From: an uncultured Clostridia bacterium
GTDB lineage: Bacteria; Bacillota; Clostridia; Oscillospirales; UMGS1783
Direction: 5' to 3'
Assembly (NCBI GenBank): GCA_937991645.1
Contig: CALKPL010000038.1
Span: forward strand, 93,648 to 157,647
DNA: 64,000 bases
Shown here: positions 1 through 10,014 of the stretch, one piece after another
How positions within the stretch are numbered: position 1 is the first letter of the stretch
Layout: every line of letters starts with the position of its first letter
The notes under the pieces: generated by a model
Databases searched by the model: none
The model's input: only the letters and a program-made list of their open reading frames with translations
Told to the model about the DNA's origin: nothing
Program-made: the position numbers and the translations under genes

Positions 1-2
1 AT

Positions 3-149
3 GTTATGGATTATGATCCCGAAAAAATAAAAGCGCAGCAAAAGGAACCGTTAGAGGTCTGTTATGCAAGGCTTCTTCAGCAAGACCGTGAAGAAACCGA
101 GCGAATCAACGCTAAGAGAACAAAACTACGTCAGGATAAGGAATATTGA
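3..149 (+). CDS. 3' end of an unidentified ORF entering from the left window edge
   Basis: Open frame from the edge (..VMDYDPEKIKAQQKEPLEVCYARLLQQDREETERINAKRTKLRQDKEY*). No recognisable motif. Confidence 0.25.
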   Translation, partial: VMDYDPEKIKAQQKEPLEVCYARLLQQDREETERINAKRTKLRQDKEY

Positions 150-237
150 GTTTATTTCTAAAATCCTCGACTTTTAGCGCATCTGTCAATGCGGGATTCT
201 CCTTGCTTCACTTGGAATATATCCCTAAAACGCAAAT

Positions 238-274
238 AAAGAACCCTGAGAACACAAATTTCTCAGGGTTCTTT
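238..274. terminator. Bidirectional intrinsic terminator hairpin
   Basis: Perfect 15-nt arms aaagaaccctgagaa / ttctcagggttcttt around a 7-nt loop, A-run on one side and T-run on the other. Lies directly 3' of the minus-strand ORF 278-682. Confidence 0.7.
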
Positions 275-277
275 ATG

Positions 278-682
278 TTATTCACCTCTTAGCTTCTTTA
301 ATGCCGCGGACATATAATCGCAAACCATTGCCGCGGACTCAAAAGAAGTTATTCCATAACTGCAGATTTTCTCATGTAATACTTTTGCAAGAATCCGAGG
401 ATTATCACTTATGCCTTCCTGGCAGGTAAGTAATCCTTTTCTGTCGTCAGGCTTTCCGAGTTCTACACCTAAACAATCTATCCATTTTGTACATATATCT
501 CCGAGTCCAGGTATTTCCTCACTGGGATAATTCTCAACTGTGGCCTCGAAATTCAGCAGACATTCAACCAAGATGTCTTTTAAGCCAAGCTCTTCTAAAA
601 CAGATTTGATTTTCCACTCGTCCAATTTGATACCTGCCGCCGTAATTGAATAGTCATACATTTTCTGTTCCATCGTCATCAC
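278..682 (-). CDS. Hypothetical protein (134 aa)
   Basis: ORF overlaps the end of the upstream DUF3560-like gene and is followed by a terminator. No motif recognised. Confidence 0.5.
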   Translation of the reverse strand: MMTMEQKMYDYSITAAGIKLDEWKIKSVLEELGLKDILVECLLNFEATVENYPSEEIPGLGDICTKWIDCLGVELGKPDDRKGLLTCQEGISDNPRILAKVLHEKICSYGITSFESAAMVCDYMSAALKKLRGE

Positions 683-1934
683 CTTTATTCTCTATATACT
701 GTCTCAGAATTCGTTCGTTGGCTCCGCAGATTCCCCAGCTGTTTGTAATGAAATTGACATACGGTTTACGGCGAATCGCTTTTTGGCCTTCCAGAAATGC
801 ATCCTTTACTGGCTTCCCATCTGAATCAAGCTTAATTTCCCTCATTAGCACCGTTTTCTCCGTAACATCAATCACCTGATAAGCAGCAAGACATTGACTG
901 GGGCCACGTGGGTTCCATACAAGTATATCATGTTTTTTGTGCGGATGCAGTTGGGACTCTTTCTGTGATGTTTCTTCAGCAGAAATAATCTCTTCAATCT
1001 CCGCATAGTTGAAAGAACACATCCCACCAGTTGATATTGATTTAGCATACAGAGTCGTAGGATCTGTCTTTAAAACCTTATAATTCCCCAAACGCCGCAT
1101 TTTAATCACATATCCCGGTTTGATATTTCCTTGGTTAAATCGGAATCCTCCGATTTCCTCAAGAGCGTTCTGAAAAAATCCCAGCTTATCGATCTCAACC
1201 TCCATCATTTCCAAAAGGCGCTCTCGCCATTCCGTAACTTTTTCAAGCGTGTAATAACCTCTGACCACGGGATTTTCCTCCGGAGAATTCTCAATCTCCG
1301 TCATGAGAGCATCCGCCTTATCCAGATTTTTGTTCAATTTTCGTATTGCCGCCGTTCCTTCCTTGATTCGGTTATAGAGGTAAGAGGGAACCTTCAGTTT
1401 TGCGTTTTCCGCCGTAGCCATAGCTGTCGCGGCCTTACCCTTAAAATACTCGCTTTTTCGGTATTCCTCCATGCCTTTGTCAAACCGGGAATAGATTTGT
1501 CGCCGCCGGTTCGCAAAGCTCTCGGAACCCTTATGACCGTGAATAATAGGCTGGGTTAAAAAGGCGATATCGCCGCGATGCTGCTCAAGCTCACTGGTCA
1601 AAGCTTTCCCGCGTTTTTCCGCATTGGAGGCATAGCCTTCATAACGTTCCGCCCTCGCTTCAGCCCGTTCTGTCTGACGTTCCAGCTGTTGAGCATAGGT
1701 GAGCCGTTCCCCCACCTTCTCTTCTTCCGTAAACCCCAGTTCTTTGGCAATCTGTTTTGGATGGTAAAGATTCGGAAATTTTGCCCGACTTACCCATGCC
1801 TTCAATTTTCCGGACCAAAGATAGGCGCCACGGAGACTCTTCTGCTCGGCTTCGCTCAAACTGTCGTAGTCTTCTTTTTCCATATGCAATTCGATCTTTC
1901 CCGTCTCTTTGTTCATAATATAAGTATTCTTCAT
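654..1934 (-). CDS. DUF3560-like protein (mobile-element accessory protein)
   Basis: The stretch ERAEARAERYEGYASNAEKRGKALTSELEQHRGDIAFLTQPIIHGHKGSESFANRRRQI resembles the DUF3560 core as I remember it. AAGGAGG lies 10 nt before the ATG at 1934; the ORF track starts 6 nt earlier at a GTG. Confidence 0.65.
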   Translation of the reverse strand: MKNTYIMNKETGKIELHMEKEDYDSLSEAEQKSLRGAYLWSGKLKAWVSRAKFPNLYHPKQIAKELGFTEEEKVGERLTYAQQLERQTERAEARAERYEGYASNAEKRGKALTSELEQHRGDIAFLTQPIIHGHKGSESFANRRRQIYSRFDKGMEEYRKSEYFKGKAATAMATAENAKLKVPSYLYNRIKEGTAAIRKLNKNLDKADALMTEIENSPEENPVVRGYYTLEKVTEWRERLLEMMEVEIDKLGFFQNALEEIGGFRFNQGNIKPGYVIKMRRLGNYKVLKTDPTTLYAKSISTGGMCSFNYAEIEEIISAEETSQKESQLHPHKKHDILVWNPRGPSQCLAAYQVIDVTEKTVLMREIKLDSDGKPVKDAFLEGQKAIRRKPYVNFITNSWGICGANERILRQYIENKGDDDGTENV

Positions 1935-1954
1935 CTGCACACTACCTCCTTCAT

Positions 1955-2827
1955 TTAGGCGAGCTTTACCCCGTTTATCCTGAAAACGATCTTGCTTCCA
2001 TCTCCATTATAATCACCAGAAACCGTCAGTCGACTGCTGTCCGCCTTTACATAAGCGCCAGACAATGTAACGCCATTCAAATCGCCATCCTCCGGATAGT
2101 AGAGCATCACGGATGCTCCGATGGAATACCCATACATGGAATCCGAGAGAACGCCGGATTTTGTTACCCTTCCATTAAACACTGTTGTCTGCACCGGGAT
2201 TACAATCGTTTCGTTTCCGATCCGAAAGCTTACGGTAGAGGAATCCACACTGATTAAAGACACTGTGGCCCCATCCGGAATGCCTTCCGTCTGTCCATCA
2301 TCTGGTTTTTCCGAATCGTCCGAAGAATTTCCATCATCTGGTTCCGATGGCTCGGAAGGTTCAGATGGCTCTGATGTGTCATCCGGCTCGGAAGGTTCAG
2401 ATGGCTCTGATGTGTCATCCGGCTCGGAAGGTTCAGAAGGTTGTGAGGAATCATCCGGATCCGAAGGCGTTGTGGATGGGGTGTCCGTTCCGTCTCCTGA
2501 TCCTGAAGAATCGTCCTGATGCGGAGTGTCCGGAAATTCCGGTAAATCTGGCAGATCAGGCATATCTGGCACATCCGGAATAACCGGATTTACAGGTGTC
2601 ATGCCCTGGCTATCGCCTGCGTTTTCTTCTCCTGATTCTGAACTGGTAGATGGTGTTTCCATTGCAGAGCTATTTGGTTTGTTGTCAATGGGATACGTAT
2701 TTCCGCTTCCCATATACCTTGCTGCTATCATAAGAATCAGGATAACAACAAGTACCACAGCGGTAACCACCACAATAACCTTCTGCACTCTGGACATTTT
2801 TTCGCTTTGTTTCTTCTTTGCTTCCAC
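1955..2827 (-). CDS. Membrane-anchored acidic Pro/Ser/Glu-rich secreted protein
   Basis: N-terminal TM segment VIVVVTAVVLVVILILMIAA, then low-complexity PSEPSEPDDTSE repeats, then a C-terminal beta-rich region. Confidence 0.7.
   Translation of the reverse strand: MEAKKKQSEKMSRVQKVIVVVTAVVLVVILILMIAARYMGSGNTYPIDNKPNSSAMETPSTSSESGEENAGDSQGMTPVNPVIPDVPDMPDLPDLPEFPDTPHQDDSSGSGDGTDTPSTTPSDPDDSSQPSEPSEPDDTSEPSEPSEPDDTSEPSEPSEPSEPDDGNSSDDSEKPDDGQTEGIPDGATVSLISVDSSTVSFRIGNETIVIPVQTTVFNGRVTKSGVLSDSMYGYSIGASVMLYYPEDGDLNGVTLSGAYVKADSSRLTVSGDYNGDGSKIVFRINGVKLA
2349..2456. repeat. 3 x 36-bp in-frame tandem repeat (PSEPSEPDDTSE)
   Basis: Units 2349-2384 and 2385-2420 are identical. The third unit, 2421-2456, is diverged. 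Confidence 0.85.
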
Positions 2828-2986
2828 AATTAACTACTCCTTTATCTATAAAATTTGGGTGCTGACAATCTATACAACCCCTTTTAAAAAAGCAAGAAAA
2901 AAGCAAAACAAAATTTTCTTGCTTTTTTAAGAATGCTGGCTCAGACTGCCACTACATTTATGCAAAACTAAGTAAGGAGGCTTTTA

Positions 2987-3205
2987 ATGAGCAAAGAAAA
3001 ACAAGTGTATGTGTTCAGCAACGACTATCTGGTTTACTGCGCCATGTACATTCTGGAGATTCGTCCCGGAACCGGCGCTCACTTCTTCCTGAATGAAAAA
3101 ATGCAGGAAATCCGCTCCGACAAAGATACGCAGAAACCTATGACCTATGCTGAAAGCTGTGACTGGATCAAAAAACTAGTGGATATTTATGAAAGTGAGG
3201 ATTAA
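2987..3205 (+). CDS. Hypothetical small protein (72 aa)
   Basis: AAGGAGG upstream. Its stop lies 3 nt before the YodL-like gene start, so the two are probably co-translated. Confidence 0.5.
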   Translation: MSKEKQVYVFSNDYLVYCAMYILEIRPGTGAHFFLNEKMQEIRSDKDTQKPMTYAESCDWIKKLVDIYESED

Positions 3206-3208
3206 GCG

Positions 3209-4066
3209 ATGAATTTCAAACTCTATCAAATTGACATGAAGACAGACAATGCAAAACATGCCTTTATCGGCAAAGATATGGCCGAAAAGCTGGAAATGAG
3301 CTTCCCTCCTCCGCGGGAACTTTACGCCCTCGCCTACGAAGGAATTTGTGAGAAAATTGATCCAGAAGGATTGTTCACTCAACTGAATCTTTATCATCCC
3401 TCCGATTACCGAACACGCAGCCTTTCCGTCAGCGATGTAATCGTCTATGACATCGACGGGAAGGATCTCCCTCTCTTCTGCAATTCCTTCGGTTTTCTTC
3501 CAATCCGATTTACAGAAAATGAGACCGGAGAAATTAAGACCAGTTTCGTCACAACAGAAATAGGCAGCTACGTACTTTTGCAGGACGGTGATAATGAACT
3601 GAAAGTGGATATAGAATCCTTTCTATCACACCTGCTGACATTTCCAAATCAACACAAAAATCCGGTAAAGTTAAATCCAGGACAAATTTACGCGGTTCTT
3701 CAATGCTTTATCCATGAATCAAATCTTTGCCGAAACTTTGGAAATCACAAAACATTGAATGAATGGACGACTTCTGGCATGCCGAACTTTGACTGGTATG
3801 CAAAGCCTGGAGATATTGTTGACGAGGCTATCTACGAAAACTTTCTCAATATCCTGCCTCCGGCGGCGATGTCTTACGGCTATCTGCAAGTTGGCGAAGC
3901 GTTGGATCACATCCCCGATGGAAATGGGAATTGGAAACCCACGTTCATGACCTTTGCGCAGGAGGATAAAGAATGGCATTACATCGGTCACTGTTTTCTT
4001 CGCGAAACCGAAAACAAATGGAAACCCATGGGATTTTATGAACACCTAAAAAAATTGCTCAAATAA
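3209..4066 (+). CDS. YodL-like domain protein (conjugative-element accessory)
   Basis: The N-terminus FKLYQIDMKTDNAKHAFIG...LYALAYEG...LFTQLNLYHPSDYRTRSLSVSDVIVY matches the YodL-like pattern (..IYQLK.., ..HP.D..G.SLSVSDVV..) as I recall it. Confidence 0.65.
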   Translation: MNFKLYQIDMKTDNAKHAFIGKDMAEKLEMSFPPPRELYALAYEGICEKIDPEGLFTQLNLYHPSDYRTRSLSVSDVIVYDIDGKDLPLFCNSFGFLPIRFTENETGEIKTSFVTTEIGSYVLLQDGDNELKVDIESFLSHLLTFPNQHKNPVKLNPGQIYAVLQCFIHESNLCRNFGNHKTLNEWTTSGMPNFDWYAKPGDIVDEAIYENFLNILPPAAMSYGYLQVGEALDHIPDGNGNWKPTFMTFAQEDKEWHYIGHCFLRETENKWKPMGFYEHLKKLLK

Positions 4067-4071
4067 GCAAG

Positions 4072-4113
4072 GAAGCCCCACAGACTGACACGGAGTCTGT
4101 GGGGCTTCTTTCT
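4072..4113 (+). terminator. Intrinsic terminator
   Basis: 15-bp perfect stem gaagccccacagact / agtctgtggggcttc followed by tttct. Confidence 0.7.
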
Positions 4114-4213
4114 GTCTACTTGCGCCAGAAAACCAGCCAATGCTTAAGGCATAAGCCAAGTTCACCAATATACTAACGAGGCGACGGATTATACCGTCGC
4201 CTCGCTTTAAAAA

Positions 4214-7200
4214 TTACCGGTTTATTCTGTTCTTCTTTTTGCTGTAAACAACCGTTCCAGCCGCACCTGCCAGAGAGACCAGAAGCAATCCCAGCCACAG
4301 CGTCAAATCCGTGTTATCTCCAGTCTGCGGAATGCCAGAGGTTTCCTCTTCCCCGGAAGAAAGCTTGGGAAGCACTTCAGTCTTAACCTCGCCACAAACG
4401 GCGCACACATACTTGACATAGCCGTCTTTCTCCTTGGTTGCTTCCACACGCTCGGTTTGCACAAAGCGGTGAGCCTGCTCGGAATCAGCCGCAAGGATCT
4501 TGATACGTCCCTCGCCGTAGGCGTTGCCGTACTGCTCTGCGGGGATAACACCGTTTAAGTCTTCTTTCAGATACTGAATCAGCAGATCCTGGTCTTTTCC
4601 GCAGTCCGCTTTCACGACCTCGGCGCCTTTGAACATGGAATAACCGTCGCCGCCGTTCTGAAGAGTATAGACACTGCCTGCAAGAGTATAGGTTGCGTCA
4701 GGGTCAATCGCCTTGCCGTTTACCATAACGTTCTGCACGCGGCGGGGCTTGCTGCTGTCGATGCCAGTATACATACCCTGGCTGTCGGTTATAACCGGAC
4801 TTTCGGTTACATGGAGGTTGATCTCATAGGTAAGCCCGGAGGTATGCATAAAGCCTCCATTCTCAGAAAGGGCTATGCCATCAGCGTTCAGCGGAGCATG
4901 CGCGCTCCATTCCAGCGCGTCCAAAATCTGCTGGCCAGTAACCTTCAGCACGCACATGGTATTTCCGAAAGCGTTGACGTCCATCAAATCCTTGCGGGTT
5001 ACAGTTCCCTTTGCCACATCCGCGCGGATTCCGCCGCCGTTTGCAAAGGCGATATCGGCGCCAGTCGTTTCTCTGTAAGCATCCGCCACAAAGTTACCCA
5101 TATTCGTTTCCCTGTTGCGGATAATGCGCTCTCCGGTAGTCGGGTCTACCGTTGTTAAATCCACCTCGGAGGATCCGATCTCCTCATAGGTAAAGTCCTG
5201 CATTTCCTCATATTTATCAATGATTGCCTGGGTCTCGTCGTAAGCGGCTTTAGCGGAGGCGGTGGCGTCCACATCAACCGATTCCGGAGTAATCAGCTCG
5301 CTGGTGATTTCGCCGTCAGAGGTGATGGTCATCTTGCCGAAATTCTCAAACTTTGTGCCCGTCTGGGTGAGAAGAACATCTTCTCTGTCTTTATTTTCAA
5401 CCTGCTGCGACGCAACAGTGCTGTGAGAATGAGCGTCGATAAAAGCGTCAATACCGGTGGTATTTGCAATCACGTCAGTAGAGCGGAACGGCTCTGAGGA
5501 AGCTTCATCACCAAGGTGACCTACGGCGATAACCAGATCGGCTCCGTCTGCCTTAGCGCTGTCTACTGCAGCCTGTATAGTCTTGATAAAATCATCCTCA
5601 CAGAAGCTGTAAATATAGTTCCCGTTCTCGTCCTGGAAATAGGTCGGAGTGGATTTGGTGTAGGTTTCCGGCGTTGAGATGCCGAGGAAGGCCACCTTCT
5701 GACCTGCAATCGTACGGATTTCATAGGGTTCAAACACTGTTTTGTTTGTTAGAAGATCCACGAAGTTTGCGCTTAAATACTCATAGTCCGGCATGATGTC
5801 GGCCTGAACCTGTCCGGAAAGCTCCTTGAACACATCCATACCGTAGTCGAACTCATGGTTGCCGGGCACCGCATAGTCATAGCCCACAGAATTCATGATT
5901 TCTACAATTGCACTGCCGTTTGTCAGGGTACCGATCACCTCGCCCTGCACGGCGTCGCCCGCGTCGATGGTAAGCGTACGGTATCCGTCATCCAGCATCT
6001 GCTGCCGGTAGGAGGCAAGTGCGGAATAGTCTTCCACGGCGCAGTGAACATCGTTGGTAAAGAGGATAACCGCGCTGTCCTTTATCGGCTCGTAATCCGG
6101 GCCTGCCGGTACGGTTCCGGCTGCGCTCCCGCCAAAGGAATAAGCGGCGACGGTTCCGGAGACCTCGCAGGCGGCAAGAAGCATGGGCTTTCCGTCAAGG
6201 GAGAGGAAGCAAAGCCCCTCGGGAGAAACGTCTTCTTTGATATCCGCACTGAAATCACGGGTGTTGATGTAGTTTACATAGGTGGAATTTGCCGGGTCGG
6301 TCACATCGTAGACCATCACGCCGCCGATGCGCTCAAGGGCGATGAAGGCGTAGGTTTTATTGCCGATCTGACCCACGGTGATGGATTCTGCCTCCGGACC
6401 CTTTTTGGTGCTGCGGTCGTCAATTGCTATGTTATCGTTGGAGCAGTTGAAATAATCGGGCAGATATCCTGCCGTTTTCTCTTCAAAATCGTTGCCGCTC
6501 TCGTAAACTAAAGACATGGTGTCCGCGTTATAAATCGCGAAGGAGCGGCCGCCGTAGAGATATTCCTTTGTGTCATCCGGCACGGTGGTGCAGGTCTTGT
6601 CCAGCACCCGAACCTTTTCCGCCGAGGTATCGTCAGAGGCTGTCAGCGTTTCCTTCGCTTCGTTTGCGTAATCGCCCCACTCGCGGGCGTCGCCTTCGTT
6701 GGCGGTCACCAGATAGCTGACGCCGCCGACCTCAAAGATGCTGATCGCGTCCGGCATATAGACGCCCACAGCGTTCGGATAAGTCTTGGGTGCGTATTTA
6801 TTGTCTTCAACCAAGTCGATGGCGTTTTCCGTAAGGCTTAAATCCTTAAAGCCCATGCTCTTGACCGAGGTGACGGTCTCGCTCTCAAGATCCACTGTTG
6901 CAATGGCGTTTGCCTCCTGAAGAGAGACATAGGCCTTGCTGTCGTCTGAGGATACCGCGATATATTCCGGCTCAAGGTCAGCGGCAGCGGAGTTCAGTTC
7001 CCCGTTTACCTTGCCGATGAGAACGCCGTCCGCCGCAAGCGCAGCGGAATCAAAGGCCTCAAATCCGGCGTTTGTCACGCTCTCGTCCATCAGGTCGATT
7101 ACGGAGACGGAGCCCGCCGGGTCAACGGTTCCCTCCCCGTAGCCGTTCCGGGGCTCGCCCTCGTTGGCGGAAAGAATCATTCTGCCGTCATGGGTAAAGG

Positions 7201-8401
7201 TCACCATATCCGGCTGTACGCCCACCTCATAGGAAGCGACCAGGTTAAACTTATAATCCAGAAGGGCGATTCTGCCGTTATCGGCATAACCCGCTGCCTG
7301 GAGCGCCACGGCAATGCGGTCGTTCACCGTATCCACCGCCACGCTGGTCATGTCGCCATAGGTAAAGCCGTCGATCAGACCGCGCATATCCTTGCTGTCC
7401 TTTTGAGTCAGCCCGGTTTCCGCTACAGTGAAGCGGTAGAGCAGGCCGTCCTGACCGTTGACAACATAGGCCTCTTTGGTATCGGCATTGTAGGAGACGA
7501 TCTCCGCCACGCCGCCGTCAGCATTCGGATTGCCGATCTGGATGCTGCTCAGGCGTTCCATGGTGAGAGCGGCGTTTTCCTCAAAGCTGGTCACACGGAG
7601 TACCGGCTCTACTGGATCTGTAGGCTCCGTTCCGCCAGTCCCATTTTTGGAGTTGTGAGGACTCTTTGCGGTATCTACCGTTTTGCTGTAGTCAATGATC
7701 TCAGTATCGGTACTGTTGTTGTCCGTATCGGCAAAGCCATTTCTGCGCACAGATTTCTTTTTTGACTGCTCTGCCTGTACACCTGTCTCATAAACAAGCG
7801 GCGTCTGAGCATCTGTATTATCGTTTCCCTTGACCGCCAGCAGATCCACATATCCATCAGGGCGGTTATTCTCTGCCACCGCGCCGGCGAAAGCGTCCGT
7901 CAGAGTGACGTCCTTGCTGAAGAGCGCCACTGAAACGCCCTTGTTGTGCATAACAACGTCCCATTCCTGATCGCCTGCGGGAACCGCATATGCATCTCCT
8001 TTATTTTCAGCCTCAGGCTCCGGGTCTGTAACCTCACCGCAGCGGATAAGATAATAGCCATTGGCAGGAATTGTGCCCGTAAGGGTAAGCTCATGCCAGC
8101 CTTCGGTATCTTCAGCATCCGCGCTGGCGCGGTACTGAAGCTCCCAGCCGTTTAGATTGATGTCCGTATCACACTGATTATATAATTCGATAAAACTGTG
8201 ACTGGCATATCCGTTGTCGCTTCCGCCGTACACCTGATTGACGATGACATGTGGAACCGTTACGTTATAGCCATTTGCATCATAAGGCGTGCCCGCCGTA
8301 TTTTCTTCCGCAAATACACTCATGCTGCCGGGGAACGCCGAAACAGCCATAGCGGCAGCCAATACTCCGGACAGCAGCTTTTGTCTCCATGAATTTCTCA
8401 T
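4214..8401 (-). CDS. Cell-wall-anchored multi-domain metallophosphatase / 5'-nucleotidase
   Basis: 1395 aa. Signal peptide, then a lamin-tail-like N-terminal segment, then a middle region resembling 'choice-of-anchor I' proteins. GNHEFD metallophosphatase motif, a 5'-nucleotidase C-terminal-type region, and a CxxC module (YVCAVCGE). C-terminal IPQTGD + hydrophobic helix + KKKNRINR sorting signal. Confidence 0.9.
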   Translation of the reverse strand: MRNSWRQKLLSGVLAAAMAVSAFPGSMSVFAEENTAGTPYDANGYNVTVPHVIVNQVYGGSDNGYASHSFIELYNQCDTDINLNGWELQYRASADAEDTEGWHELTLTGTIPANGYYLIRCGEVTDPEPEAENKGDAYAVPAGDQEWDVVMHNKGVSVALFSKDVTLTDAFAGAVAENNRPDGYVDLLAVKGNDNTDAQTPLVYETGVQAEQSKKKSVRRNGFADTDNNSTDTEIIDYSKTVDTAKSPHNSKNGTGGTEPTDPVEPVLRVTSFEENAALTMERLSSIQIGNPNADGGVAEIVSYNADTKEAYVVNGQDGLLYRFTVAETGLTQKDSKDMRGLIDGFTYGDMTSVAVDTVNDRIAVALQAAGYADNGRIALLDYKFNLVASYEVGVQPDMVTFTHDGRMILSANEGEPRNGYGEGTVDPAGSVSVIDLMDESVTNAGFEAFDSAALAADGVLIGKVNGELNSAAADLEPEYIAVSSDDSKAYVSLQEANAIATVDLESETVTSVKSMGFKDLSLTENAIDLVEDNKYAPKTYPNAVGVYMPDAISIFEVGGVSYLVTANEGDAREWGDYANEAKETLTASDDTSAEKVRVLDKTCTTVPDDTKEYLYGGRSFAIYNADTMSLVYESGNDFEEKTAGYLPDYFNCSNDNIAIDDRSTKKGPEAESITVGQIGNKTYAFIALERIGGVMVYDVTDPANSTYVNYINTRDFSADIKEDVSPEGLCFLSLDGKPMLLAACEVSGTVAAYSFGGSAAGTVPAGPDYEPIKDSAVILFTNDVHCAVEDYSALASYRQQMLDDGYRTLTIDAGDAVQGEVIGTLTNGSAIVEIMNSVGYDYAVPGNHEFDYGMDVFKELSGQVQADIMPDYEYLSANFVDLLTNKTVFEPYEIRTIAGQKVAFLGISTPETYTKSTPTYFQDENGNYIYSFCEDDFIKTIQAAVDSAKADGADLVIAVGHLGDEASSEPFRSTDVIANTTGIDAFIDAHSHSTVASQQVENKDREDVLLTQTGTKFENFGKMTITSDGEITSELITPESVDVDATASAKAAYDETQAIIDKYEEMQDFTYEEIGSSEVDLTTVDPTTGERIIRNRETNMGNFVADAYRETTGADIAFANGGGIRADVAKGTVTRKDLMDVNAFGNTMCVLKVTGQQILDALEWSAHAPLNADGIALSENGGFMHTSGLTYEINLHVTESPVITDSQGMYTGIDSSKPRRVQNVMVNGKAIDPDATYTLAGSVYTLQNGGDGYSMFKGAEVVKADCGKDQDLLIQYLKEDLNGVIPAEQYGNAYGEGRIKILAADSEQAHRFVQTERVEATKEKDGYVKYVCAVCGEVKTEVLPKLSSGEEETSGIPQTGDNTDLTLWLGLLLVSLAGAAGTVVYSKKKNRINR

Positions 8402-8463
8402 TAGCCTCTCTCCTTCAAAGAATCAAAATTCCATAAATTTTTCTATTTCACATAGTCAATGCT

Positions 8464-8472
8464 ATTATATCA
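8464..8472 (-). promoter_or_regulatory. Extended -10 element (TGaTATAAT) upstream of the nucleotidase gene
   Basis: The minus strand reads ttgaTATAAT about 65 nt upstream of the ATG at 8401. No convincing -35. Confidence 0.35.
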
Positions 8473-8478
8473 ATTCTT

Positions 8479-10014
8479 CTATAAAAGTTTAAACCAAATT
8501 TGTGTTAAGAGAAGATAAAAATCACGCAAAATTTTATAAGCCGTTCTTCCCTCTATACCCGTTCTCTCTTTTTCCGAAGCTTTACAATCAGCAGTACGCC
8601 GCCCAGAATGAGAACACACAGGCCGGCTGTAAGCCCCCAGAACACGGCTGCGCTCTCCGATAATCCCGACAATCCCCTGCTCCTTCAGCGAAACCGTCAC
8701 GGGAACCTGACTGAGAATCTGTGGTTGTTCCGCCAGCTTGTACAGGCTGTCCTGAAGAACGTCGTCATCCAGCAAGAACCTCTTTTCCGGAAATTTCAAT
8801 TCCAAATCCATGGGAAGATCACCGATTCCAAGCCTGATATGAAAAAAATCGTTGTGGCTGTCCATTCTTTCCCACAGGTTACGCCTCTGTTCCAGTATCC
8901 TGTTTTCACATTCAGCAAGAGATGAAAAGTTTTCTTTCAGGATTTCTTTTTGAACATAGGATTCTTCTGCGATTTCCTGCCGCTTTTGTTCCAGATAGGC
9001 AACATATTTTTTCTGACGCATTTCTTCGCTTTTGCGCCGTTTCTTTTTCTCATATATCTTTGTAAAGACGGGCCAAAGAACCGTGCCGCAAAGCATACTG
9101 CCCGCCATGACTAAAGACGGAATCGCCTGTTTAATATCCCCTCCCGAGCTGACCACATTGTAATAGCTGAACAGTCCGGTAAACAAAGACGCCATTCCCA
9201 TCGTCATAGACGGTCCAAGCATCAGCATGAGCGGCGTCGCAGGCGGAGCGCTTAACGGAGACGGAGGGTCCAAAGTGACAACAGCGCTCTTGATATCCCG
9301 TTTGAATCTCGGCGAGCGGTAAAACGCCGGCTTTTCTGTTTGGGGTTCTGTCTCCTCTTCCCTTTCCTTTTCATTTATAGAAGCAGGAATGGGTTTTAGA
9401 GGAATCAGCACTTCCGGATTGGCGTTCACAAGCTGATCCGGGTTGTTGACGGCGAGAAAACCGTTTCCAACGATCATTTTTAGTCCGACAATATATATCA
9501 TGTCGCCGGGCTGAAGCACTTCTGTCTGAACCCTTCTCCCATTAACAAACGTTCCGTTGGAACTATTGAGATCCGTAATCATCAGCTTCTGATTGACGCT
9601 GACAATTTCCGCATGCCGGGCCGAGGCAAATCGGCTGCCGTAAACAAGAGAATTCTCCTCGTCACGGCCTATTGTAATCGTGGCGCCGTCATGGAACAGC
9701 ATTTTACGGAAGACCTTTCTGTCCTCCGTCACAGGCTCTGAAAACAGAAGATGGGTTTCCCCTGTCTGAAGATCCGCCAGATTATAGAAATTCATCGGTT
9801 CCACAACGATGGATTTCAGCTTTTGGTTCTGACTGTCGCGAATCTCCGCTTTTTGGTTGGACTTAAGTACCCATCGACCGTCTACGCCTTCTACTGTAAT
9901 CAGCTTTTTCCGGTTATCGTCTTCATCGATGCTGGTAATCCAAAATTGCCCGTTGGCTTTTGCGGACAAAACCAAACGGCTGATCCGTTGTTTCTGTATC
10001 AGCGTCAGCTGCAA
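8479..10014 (-). pseudogene. essC: Truncated type VII secretion ATPase EssC (N-terminal third only)
   Basis: Two FHA-like N-terminal modules, the YRSPR motif (FYRSPRFKRD), two TM segments, and a KKKRRKSEEMRQKKYVAYLEQKRQEI linker collinear with S. aureus EssC as I remember it. Homology stops at ..GIVGIIGE (about 8655), before any Walker ATPase domain. The ORF tail is nonsense sequence. Confidence 0.75.
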
